Shown: in pieces, positions 1-7,796 of the stretch
How the letters are laid out: each line of letters opens with the position of its first letter
Numbering within the stretch: the stretch's first letter is position 1
Origin: an uncultured Acidobacteriota bacterium
GTDB lineage: Bacteria > Acidobacteriota > Blastocatellia > RBC074
Length of the DNA: 46,423 nucleotides
Assembly: GCA_903862855.1 (NCBI GenBank)
Contig: CAIOZW010000173.1
Location: forward strand, 1 to 46,423
Direction: 5' to 3'
Position numbers and translations under genes: made by a program
The notes under the pieces: generated by a model
Database searches by the model: none
What the model was told of the DNA's origin: nothing
Seen by the model: the letters and a program-made list of their open reading frames with translations, nothing else

Positions 1-572
1 AGCTGCGCCGCATCCGGATAGACGTAACACGTCAGACAGGCGAGATAGGAGAGGACTGGAAGCAGCAGGACGATGATCAGAACCAGCGCGATACGCCGCG
101 ACCGTCTCCCCCATTCTTCCCGCTCCTCGTGTCGAGGTCGAGCCTCCGGAGCACTGTCAAACCCACTGCCAAGAGAAAGGTCAAGAACATGGTCCAGGGT
201 GAGCACTGCGAGCTGTCGGCGGCACTCTGGACAGCCCTGCAGGTGGAGATCGGCCATCTCCGGCTCCTCCAGTGGTCGGCCCACAACAAGCGCCGCCAAC
301 TCATCCGCGGTCAGGTGCTCCTCCGCCAGCCAGTCAAGCCTTGACCACTCGACCAGATGACGCAAAACCAACTCCGAGCTCACAACAGGTCGCTCGACCT
401 CGCTCACGGCCGGATCGGGATCACGCCCGCGGCGGGCGAGGCAGGCCCGACGCCAGGCCTCGAGACACTCCGGGCATACCTCGAGGTGGCGGACCTCACA
501 AAGCATGGTCTCCGCATCGACGGAGCGATCTGGAAACCTCTCCAGTGACGATGGTGAAAGATGCTCAGTCAT
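1..572 (-). CDS. Anti-sigma factor-like membrane protein with two zf-HC2 (HxxxCxxC) motifs; runs off the left edge
   Basis: Not in the ORF track because no stop lies inside the window. Hand translation from ATG 572: MTEHLSPSSLERF...RHLEVCPECLEAWRR...EEHLTADEL...LHLQGCPECRRQL...RRIALVLIIVLLLPVLSYLACL... It has two ZAS motifs then a hydrophobic TM segment, has a GGGGAG SD upstream, and lies directly downstream of the sigma-like gene. Confidence 0.8.
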   Translation of the reverse strand, partial: MTEHLSPSSLERFPDRSVDAETMLCEVRHLEVCPECLEAWRRACLARRGRDPDPAVSEVERPVVSSELVLRHLVEWSRLDWLAEEHLTADELAALVVGRPLEEPEMADLHLQGCPECRRQLAVLTLDHVLDLSLGSGFDSAPEARPRHEEREEWGRRSRRIALVLIIVLLLPVLSYLACLTCYVYPDAAQ

Positions 573-610
573 AACTCCCCGTACAATGGCACTCCGATTC
601 TCCAACCGGA

Positions 611-1729
611 TCAAAGCAGACGCTTTTCGATCATCTTCATTGCCTGAAACCTCCACTTGTTGACCTGCTGGCGCCCGACTCCCCAGCGCGCCGCCAGCTC
701 GACATTCCTCATCGGCATCAATCTCCAGTTCTCGATCAGCTCCTCGAGAGTTACTCCCAACACCCCGGCCACCTGGCTTGGCGTCGCGACTCCGGCCTCA
801 AAGAGAAGTGTCAGCAGATCCTCCCCACGCGAGGTCGTGAAACTGTAGAAGAAGGTCTCCCGCGGCCGTGGGGGAAGGGTGACCCAGATCTCCCACATCC
901 GCCGCAAAGCGATCCGCTCGTCGATGTGGCGTTCGAGTCCCACGACACCATCCTCCCTTGAAGTTTCCCATAACCATCTGCTCCCCGGAGCATCGTGCCC
1001 GGAGAAGCTGGAATCTGTTGACCCACCCCGCACAATCTGTGAACCGGCGCTCTCACCCGATCCCGCCTCGAGCGGCTCGAGGCGGTGCTCGACCACTCCC
1101 AGAGATGCGGCAACCAAGGCCACCAGATCGTCAAGTTCGACTGGACCACCAATCAACCGGAAGATCTCCGTGAGGAGTGCCACCAGTCGTGCTCCCCTGA
1201 CCACTCCGCCAGCCAGCACGGGGGAGATCTCCAGCGAGCCCAGACTGAGCGGATCGACCCTGACCACCGCCTGGCCCTTCCACTCGCTCCATCCACAGAT
1301 CTGCCGCCCATCATCTTCTCTCCAAAGTCCAAGCTCCCGCTGCCGCTCCAGCAGGTCACGCAGCCGGTCGCGCAGGCGTGTGCGCTGTGGATACTTGGTT
1401 CGGAGATAGTCATTGCAACCATTGATCGCTACTCTCTGTGCATATTGACGAAAATCGACGATTCCAGGCGGCCGTTTCTCGTCAACCAGACGCCGGAGGG
1501 CCGAGACAAGCCGGGCGAGGATATCGTGGTAGAGATCCTCGGCATCGGGGTTGGCCGGACTGGCCCCGCGCTCCGTGACATAGAAATGGAGCCGGTAGCG
1601 AATCGTCCGGCGCACGATCGGAGCCCCCTCCTCAAGGATAAGTCGTTCGAGCAGGTCTGACAGTTCGGTCGTCTCATCAGCCTGCCCTGCCTGCCCGATC
1701 TGGAGAAATGAGAGCAGCGTTTTGTCCAT
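611..1729 (-). CDS. Atypical long ECF-type sigma-70 family sigma factor (372 aa)
   Basis: Region-2-like segment DAEDLYHDILARL...YAQRVAINGCNDYLR and a C-terminal region-4-like HTH (NVELAARWGVGRQQVNKWRFQAMKMI); followed by a ZAS anti-sigma gene. Confidence 0.72.
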   Translation of the reverse strand: MDKTLLSFLQIGQAGQADETTELSDLLERLILEEGAPIVRRTIRYRLHFYVTERGASPANPDAEDLYHDILARLVSALRRLVDEKRPPGIVDFRQYAQRVAINGCNDYLRTKYPQRTRLRDRLRDLLERQRELGLWREDDGRQICGWSEWKGQAVVRVDPLSLGSLEISPVLAGGVVRGARLVALLTEIFRLIGGPVELDDLVALVAASLGVVEHRLEPLEAGSGESAGSQIVRGGSTDSSFSGHDAPGSRWLWETSREDGVVGLERHIDERIALRRMWEIWVTLPPRPRETFFYSFTTSRGEDLLTLLFEAGVATPSQVAGVLGVTLEELIENWRLMPMRNVELAARWGVGRQQVNKWRFQAMKMIEKRLL

Positions 1730-2310
1730 CTTTGCCGGCCTGCCTTCAAATCAGCTTCGAATCGAGTCTGTCCATTCTCGTAACTCTGTTGATTAATTCT
1801 GGTAAACAAGCCCGGATTTTCTGGTGAAGATCACCGGAAAGTGCGGATGAACTCGCGACGTGATCCAAAGATGAATCCAGGGTGAGCCGCTTCAAGACCT
1901 CATCCAAACCAATCACCGGTAATCGACAACGGGTCAGACCATGTCGACTATTGGCAGCCGAGCCAGAAGATCCTGGTAAGGCGGAAGAGGCACTTAGTGA
2001 ATAAAAGTCCACCTGAGATTCAATTCTTTGACTTTTCGAACCTCTATACTCCACTGGGACCATTGCAGAGGCTTATTCGATGGCAGACTAATCCACCCAT
2101 ACCCACCCGGTGGTGTAAATTCCAGTACAGGCCGCTCCTGAAAAGAGTCCTGAAGTCCATTTATCACTGCCATTGTCTCGGCTGAGGTGCCGTAACTGAT
2201 AGGACAGGCAGAGACTTGTCCGTTCAACAAAAGACAGATAAGAGACAATGAAGAGACAGCCAAGAGACAGGGAACGCTGATCCCAACCGAGGATTTGATG
2301 GTATGGCTCT

Positions 2311-2467
2311 GGCCAACTTCCCGGTTAACGACCATGGCCAACTTCACGGTTAACCTCTATGGCCAACTTCACGGTTAACCTCTATGGCCAACTTCACGGT
2401 TAACCTCCACGGCCAATTTCCCGGTTAACCTCCATGGCCAATTTCCCGGTCAACGACCTTGGCCAAC
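2311..2467. repeat. Tandem array of six 25-bp units plus a partial seventh, consensus GGCCAAYTTCMCGGTTAACCTCYAT
   Basis: Units start at 2311, 2336, 2361, 2386, 2411, 2436 and (partial) 2461. Units 2 and 3 are identical. There are no spacers and the period is not a multiple of 3. Confidence 0.95.
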
Positions 2468-2648
2468 AATCCTGCTCATCAACCACAGCCATCCCTGCCA
2501 CTCTTCATATAAAGACGGGATTTCCCCCACTTAATTCCCACCCACCCAACTTTTTCCGGGAATTTCTCCGCCCCCCTGGAGACACAGGACGGCCACCCCA
2601 ACCCGGGGTAGGTAATGATTGGTCAATCTGGCTGAATGGGTAGAAATG

Positions 2649-2689
2649 AAAAAGGCCGGAGGGGGCGAGTCTCTCGCCACCATCCGGCC
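2649..2689 (-). terminator. Intrinsic terminator after aceE
   Basis: Minus strand GGCCGGATGGTGGCGAG-AGA-CTCGCCCCCTCCGGCC followed by TTTTT, about 25 nt after the aceE stop. Confidence 0.8.
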
Positions 2690-2714
2690 AGGTAAGCAGG
2701 ATTGTAAGTCAGGA

Positions 2715-5420
2715 TCAGGCGCTTGCGGCGTCGTTCTTATCGGGTGCAAATCCAAGATCGATGAGGGCCTGGGCAGCCTTCTTCAGGTTGAACTTGCCTT
2801 CACGGGCCAGCTTCGAGAGGGCCGCCGCGACGATCGCCTCGGCGCTGATCTCGAAGTGGTGACGGAGGTGGGGACGATCTTCACTGCGACCGAATCCGTC
2901 GGTCCCGAGCGAGACGAGCCGGTTACCCAGCCACGGTGCAAGCTGATCGGGAACGATCTTCATGTAGTCGGTCGAAGCGATGATCGGACCCTCGGCATTG
3001 CCGAGCGCCTGCAGAATGTAGGGCTGCAGCTCGGGTGCAGTCGGGTTGAGCCGGTTGAGCCGCTCGACGCGCAGTGCATCACGCCGCAGTTCATTATAGC
3101 TGGTGACGCTCCAGACATCGGCGTTGACCTTGTACTGCTCGGCGAGAATCTGCTGGGCGCGGAGAGCCTCGGGGAGCATCGGCCCGCTGCCGAAAAGCTG
3201 GACCTTGGCCTTGCCGGCCGCAGACTTCAGCTTGTAGATACCGCGGATGATCCCCTCGTTCACCCCTTCCGGAAGGGGTGGCTGGACATAGTTCTCATTG
3301 TAGAGGGTGATGTAGTAGAAGAGATCCTCGTGTTCACCGTACATGCGACGGAGTCCGTCCTGGACGATGACGGCAATCTCATAGGCGTAGGCTGGATCGT
3401 AAGCGGCACAGGTCGGCACGGTGCTCGCCAGAACATGGCTGTGGCCATCCTGGTGCTGGAGTCCCTCGCCATTGAGGGTCGTCCGGCCGGCGGTGGCGCC
3501 GCAGAGGAAGCCCTTGCCGCGTGAATCGGCGAAGGCCCAGATGAAGTCACCGACACGCTGGAACCCAAACATCGAGTAGAAGATATAGAAGGGGATCATC
3601 TCGACGTTGTAGTTGGCATAGGCCGTTCCGGCAGCGGTGAAGGAGGCCATCGAACCCGCCTCGGTGATGCCCTCTTCGAGAATCTGTCCCTCTTTCGATT
3701 CCTTGTAGTAGAGGAACATGTCTGAATCGTGTGGCTCATAGAGCTGCCCCTGGCTGGCATAGATGCCGACCTGGCGGAAGAGGGATTCCATACCGAAGGT
3801 CCGGGCCTCGTCGGGGATGATCGGAACGATCCGCTTGCCAAGCTCCTTGTGCTTGGTCAGAAGCTGGGTCAGGACACGAACCATGGCCATGGTCGTCGAG
3901 ACCTCGCGCCCCTGGGATCCCTCGGTCTGCTCCTTGAAGAAGTCGATCGGTGGGATGGAGAGCGCCTCTTTGTTGAACTCGCGCTTCGGATAGTAGCCGC
4001 CGAGTGCCTGCCGGCGCTCGTGGAGATAGATGACCTCGCGGCTCTCGGCCGGGGGCACGTAGATCTTCGCAGCGATCGCATCCTGCTCGGAGATCGGCAG
4101 GTCGAAGCGTCTGGTGAAGTTGACGAGATCGGTCTCGTCGAGCTTCTTCGACTGATGGGCAAGGTTGCGCCCCTCACCGCCGGACGGGCCAAGACCGTAA
4201 CCCTTGATCGTCTTGGCAAGGATGACCGTCGGCTGGCCGCGGTGCTCGTAGGCACGGCGGTAGGCATTGTAGACCTTGAGCGAATCGTGCCCGCCCCGCC
4301 GCAGATTCCAGAGGTCGTCGTCGCTCCAGTCCTTGACCAGTTCGAGCAGCTCCGGATATTTGCCAAAGAACTTCTCGCGCAGGTAGGCGCCATCGCGGGT
4401 GCGGAAGCTCTGGTATTCACCATCGACGCACTCGGCCATGCGCTTCAGCAGCAGTCCATGCTTGTCGCGCTCGAAGAGCGGATCCCAGACCCGGCCCCAG
4501 AGGCACTTGATGACATTCCAGCCGGCACCGCGGAAGGCGGCCTCGAGCTCGGTGACGATCTGGCCGTTGCCACGAACCGGGCCATCGAGCCGCTGGAGGT
4601 TGCAGTTGACGACAAAGATGAGGTTGTCGAGCTTCTCGCGGGCGGCCAGGGTCAGGGAGCCCATCGACTCCGGCTCGTCCATCTCACCGTCGCCAAGGAA
4701 GGCCCAGACCTTGCGGTCAGTTGCCGGGATGAGGCCGCGATTCTCGAGATAACGCATGAAGCGGGCCTGATAGATCGAATTGAGCGAGGTCAACCCCATC
4801 GAGACGGTCGGGAAGCGCCAGAAATCGGGCATCAGCCAGGGATGTGGATATGATGAGAGGCCGGGTGTGCCGCGCAGCTCGTGCCGGAAGTTGGCGAGGT
4901 GAGCCTCATCGAGGCGGCCTTCGAGGAATGCGCGGGAGTAGATGCCGGGCGATGCGTGCCCCTGGAAATAGACGTGGTCTCCCGGCAGTGGCTGACCTTC
5001 CGGTCCGGGTATGCTCCCGCGGAAGAAGTGATTGAACCCGACCTCCATGAGTGTCGCCACCGAGGCGTAGGTCGCAATGTGGCCACCGATTCCGGCATCC
5101 TTCTTGTTCTGCCCGACGACCATGGCCATGGCATTCCAGCGGATGATGCTCTTGATGCGTCGCTCGGTCTCCAGATCGCCCGGATAGGGGACCTCCTCGG
5201 CCGGAGTTATCGTATTGCAATATGGCGTATTGAACTGGATCGGGATCTTCACCCCCTCGATACGGGCCCGATCGGCTAGAAGTTTCAACAGATAGGCTGC
5301 CCGTTCGGGCTCATCCTCGGCCAAAATCTGGTTCCAGGCTTCGAGCCATTCGGAGGTCTCCTGCGGATCGTGATCGCCCACCGCATCTACGTGTTCATCG
5401 ATTGTGGATTTTGATTGCAT
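2715..5420 (-). CDS. aceE: Pyruvate dehydrogenase E1 component, homodimeric type
   Basis: 901 aa with DPQETSEWLEA, IRWNAMAMV, GGHIATYAS, YFQGHASPGIY, GLSSYPHP, TPP motif GDGEMDEPES...NCNLQRLDGPVRGNG, EGLQHQDGHS and LGTDGFGRS; GAGGT SD upstream. Confidence 0.98.
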   Translation of the reverse strand: MQSKSTIDEHVDAVGDHDPQETSEWLEAWNQILAEDEPERAAYLLKLLADRARIEGVKIPIQFNTPYCNTITPAEEVPYPGDLETERRIKSIIRWNAMAMVVGQNKKDAGIGGHIATYASVATLMEVGFNHFFRGSIPGPEGQPLPGDHVYFQGHASPGIYSRAFLEGRLDEAHLANFRHELRGTPGLSSYPHPWLMPDFWRFPTVSMGLTSLNSIYQARFMRYLENRGLIPATDRKVWAFLGDGEMDEPESMGSLTLAAREKLDNLIFVVNCNLQRLDGPVRGNGQIVTELEAAFRGAGWNVIKCLWGRVWDPLFERDKHGLLLKRMAECVDGEYQSFRTRDGAYLREKFFGKYPELLELVKDWSDDDLWNLRRGGHDSLKVYNAYRRAYEHRGQPTVILAKTIKGYGLGPSGGEGRNLAHQSKKLDETDLVNFTRRFDLPISEQDAIAAKIYVPPAESREVIYLHERRQALGGYYPKREFNKEALSIPPIDFFKEQTEGSQGREVSTTMAMVRVLTQLLTKHKELGKRIVPIIPDEARTFGMESLFRQVGIYASQGQLYEPHDSDMFLYYKESKEGQILEEGITEAGSMASFTAAGTAYANYNVEMIPFYIFYSMFGFQRVGDFIWAFADSRGKGFLCGATAGRTTLNGEGLQHQDGHSHVLASTVPTCAAYDPAYAYEIAVIVQDGLRRMYGEHEDLFYYITLYNENYVQPPLPEGVNEGIIRGIYKLKSAAGKAKVQLFGSGPMLPEALRAQQILAEQYKVNADVWSVTSYNELRRDALRVERLNRLNPTAPELQPYILQALGNAEGPIIASTDYMKIVPDQLAPWLGNRLVSLGTDGFGRSEDRPHLRHHFEISAEAIVAAALSKLAREGKFNLKKAAQALIDLGFAPDKNDAASA

Positions 5421-5464
5421 ATTACCTCACCCCGGTTTAGAAGATACATCTCAACAAATTTGAG

Positions 5465-5473
5465 ATCATACCA
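5465..5473 (-). promoter_or_regulatory. Possible extended -10 element (TGG-TATGAT) for aceE
   Basis: Minus strand TGGTATGAT about 45 nt upstream of the ATG in an AT-rich intergenic region. Confidence 0.35.
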
Positions 5474-5574
5474 TCCCGCCTCAAAACGGAAAAACGATTT
5501 TGGGATTCGAAAGAGCCCTTTTGCAAAGTCTGGACCAGGTTCGCGATTGGCCGGATTCACCTTACGGTAGACCA

Positions 5575-6966
5575 TCAGAGCTCAACCTCGTCGAGATAGT
5601 CCGGGATCTCGACCGCCCAGCCATCACGTGCCGCGATCTTCTGGCGCAGCGACTCCGCCGCCTCGATCTCGCCGTGGACGAGGAATGTCCGGCGCGGCGG
5701 GCGGACAAAGCCATCGAGCCATCGCAGAATTTCATGGTAGTCGGCGTGAGCCGAGAGACTGTCGAGTGACTCGACGTGGGCCCGCACCGGAACCATCTGA
5801 CCGAAGATACGGATCTCCGGCTCGCCGTTGAGTATCCGCCGTCCCCGTGTGCCCATCGCCTGAAAACCGACAAAGAGGATCGTGTTTCGCGGGTCGGGCA
5901 ATCTTTTGCGGAGGTGGTGGAGAACCCGCCCACCCGTGCACATCCCGCTGGCCGAGATGACGATGGTCGGCTCTTCACGACTGGTGAGCGCCTTCGACTC
6001 ATCACGGGTTCGCACCAGATTGAACCTTTTCGTCGCCAGCGGATTGCGTTGCTCATCGAGGAGATCCTTCATCTCGATGTCGTGACCTTCTGTATGGCGC
6101 AGGTAGAGGCGAGTCGCATTCGAAGCCATCGGGGAGTCGACGATGACCGGGACGGTCGGAATCCGCCCCTCCTCCTCGAGAGCGCGGAGATGGTAGAGAA
6201 TGGTCTGGGTCCGCCCGACGGCAAAGGCGGGGATAATCACATGACCTCCGCGGGCCACTGTCGCGTTGATGATCTCCGCCAGACGGGCCTTGACATCGAC
6301 TTGCCGGTGCTCACGGTCACCGTAGGTCGATTCGAGAACGAGATAGTCGGCGGCGGCGACCGGCGTCGGGTCGTGAATGATCGGTTCATCGTAGCGCCCA
6401 ATGTCACCGGTCAGCAGAATCGTCTTCTCTTCACCGTGCGGCTCGATCAGGCGCAGCCGCACGAAACTCGAACCGATGATGTGGCCCGCATCGATGAAGT
6501 CGAAACTGAGTCGCGGGGTGAGTTCGATCGACCTCCCGTAATTGACCGGTTCGAACCGGTGGAGAACCCTGTGGACATCACTCTCCCGATAGAGTGGAAG
6601 AGCCGGTTGATGCTTTGAACTGCCGATCTTGTTGGCGTAATCGGCCTCTTCCTCCTGAAGACGTGCCGAATCGGGAAGAAGGATCCGTGCCAGCTCAACC
6701 GTCGCCGGTGTCGCATAGACCCGCCCACTGAAACCCTCCATCGCCAGGCGCGGCAGATACCCGGAGTGATCGATATGCCCGTGGGTGAGTATGACGGCCT
6801 CGATCGAGGCCGGATCGACTGGAAAGGGCTCCCAGTTCCGCAGCCTCAACTGCTTCATCCCCTGGAAGAGCCCGCAATCGATCAGAAAGCTGCGCCCGTC
6901 AACCTTGATCAGATGGCGCGAACCGGTGACAGTTCTGGTTGCCCCGAGAAACTTCAAAGTTGCCAT
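5575..6966 (-). CDS. Metallo-beta-lactamase/beta-CASP family ribonuclease (YSH1/TTHA0252-like)
   Basis: [60 protein letters not shown] and LVHGE. Start moved to ATG 6966 (MATLKF), which has an AGAGG SD. Confidence 0.93.
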   Translation of the reverse strand: MATLKFLGATRTVTGSRHLIKVDGRSFLIDCGLFQGMKQLRLRNWEPFPVDPASIEAVILTHGHIDHSGYLPRLAMEGFSGRVYATPATVELARILLPDSARLQEEEADYANKIGSSKHQPALPLYRESDVHRVLHRFEPVNYGRSIELTPRLSFDFIDAGHIIGSSFVRLRLIEPHGEEKTILLTGDIGRYDEPIIHDPTPVAAADYLVLESTYGDREHRQVDVKARLAEIINATVARGGHVIIPAFAVGRTQTILYHLRALEEEGRIPTVPVIVDSPMASNATRLYLRHTEGHDIEMKDLLDEQRNPLATKRFNLVRTRDESKALTSREEPTIVISASGMCTGGRVLHHLRKRLPDPRNTILFVGFQAMGTRGRRILNGEPEIRIFGQMVPVRAHVESLDSLSAHADYHEILRWLDGFVRPPRRTFLVHGEIEAAESLRQKIAARDGWAVEIPDYLDEVEL

Positions 6967-7091
6967 TTTCCTCTGTCTCCTGTCTCCAAAAGCAAAGACC
7001 ACCCGTGCAGCCGTCCAGCCACACGAGTGGTCCTGTGCTGGCCGGCCCGCCGATCGTGCGTGATCACGTTGCCGGATCGATCCTGACCAGA

Positions 7092-7646
7092 CTACTTCTT
7101 CTTGAGCATACTGCAGGCCTGGAAGGCTGCCGTCGGATCGATGGCCGTATTGCCAACCTCGACGTGCTGCAGCTTCCCTTCCTTGTCTATGACAAAGGTG
7201 GCACGATTGCCAAAACCCTGTGCCTCGTTGAACAGACCGTAGTCCTTGACGACTATCCGTTTGAAATCGCTCAGGAGCGGGAAGGTTACCCCGAGATCCT
7301 GCGCAAAACGCCGGTTGGCCGGCACACTGTCGACACTTACTCCAAAGATCTGTGTCTCCGTCTCTTCGAATTTGGCGAGATCAGCCTGATACGCCTTCAT
7401 TTCGCGCGTTCAGCCACCGGTAAAGGCGAGAACATAGAAGGCGAGGACGACATTCTTCTGTCCACGAAAGTCGCTCAGCTTGTAGGTCTTGCCATCAGTG
7501 CCCGGCAGCGTAAAGTCGGGAGCCATCTCACCGACCTTCAGCGCCGGCAGCTTGGCTGACGCAGCCGGTGCCTGGGCCATTGCCAGGACGCCGGTCATTG
7601 TCAGCAGCAGCCCGGCACAACCGGCCAGAAATGCTTTCTTGAGCAT
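7092..7646 (-). CDS. Selenocysteine-containing peroxiredoxin (AhpC/TSA, BCP/AhpE-like) with N-terminal signal peptide
   Basis: Track ORFs 7410..7661 and 7092..7400 are in the same frame, joined by TGA at 7410-7412: [46 protein letters not shown]...FGVSVDS...FPLLSD...[10 protein letters not shown]. The TGA occupies the peroxidatic Cys position (TxxC). A GGAGG SD lies 8 nt before ATG 7646. Confidence 0.88.
7374..7395 (-). promoter_or_regulatory. Bacterial SECIS-like hairpin
   Basis: mRNA after UGA: ACGCGCGAAAUGAA-GGCG-U-AUCA-GGC-UGAU-CU-CGCC. The apical loop starts with G, 23 nt after the UGA. Confidence 0.7.
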
Positions 7647-7796
7647 GGTCATTTCCTCCATTGAGATTTCCTGAATGTCAGGATCAGGACATCATAGTCC
7701 AATGACAACCGCACGAAGTCAATGCGAATGGGCCATCCCGATTACGCTACTGGCAGAGAAAGTCAGGGTAATCGCATCAAGGAATGAGCCACCATT

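Noticed and set aside
1-572. This anti-sigma as the substrate of the PrsW fusion
   Set aside because: It lies more than 12 kb from the cluster with unrelated genes between, so nothing in the sequence links them.
1746-2347. Overlapping ORFs 1994..2347 and 1746..2063 as genes or a frameshifted pseudogene
   Set aside because: No recognisable motif, weak starts (one lies inside the repeat) and atypical composition. One hydrophobic stretch is not enough evidence.
2311-2467. CRISPR array
   Set aside because: The units are contiguous with no unique spacers, and there are no cas genes in the window.
2619-5279. Long plus-strand ORFs (301, 374 and 132 aa)
   Set aside because: Antisense shadows of the strongly codon-biased aceE gene.
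7410-7412. Peroxiredoxin pseudogene caused by a nonsense mutation
   Set aside because: The stop is TGA exactly at the catalytic Cys position and is followed by a SECIS-like hairpin, so Sec recoding is more parsimonious.
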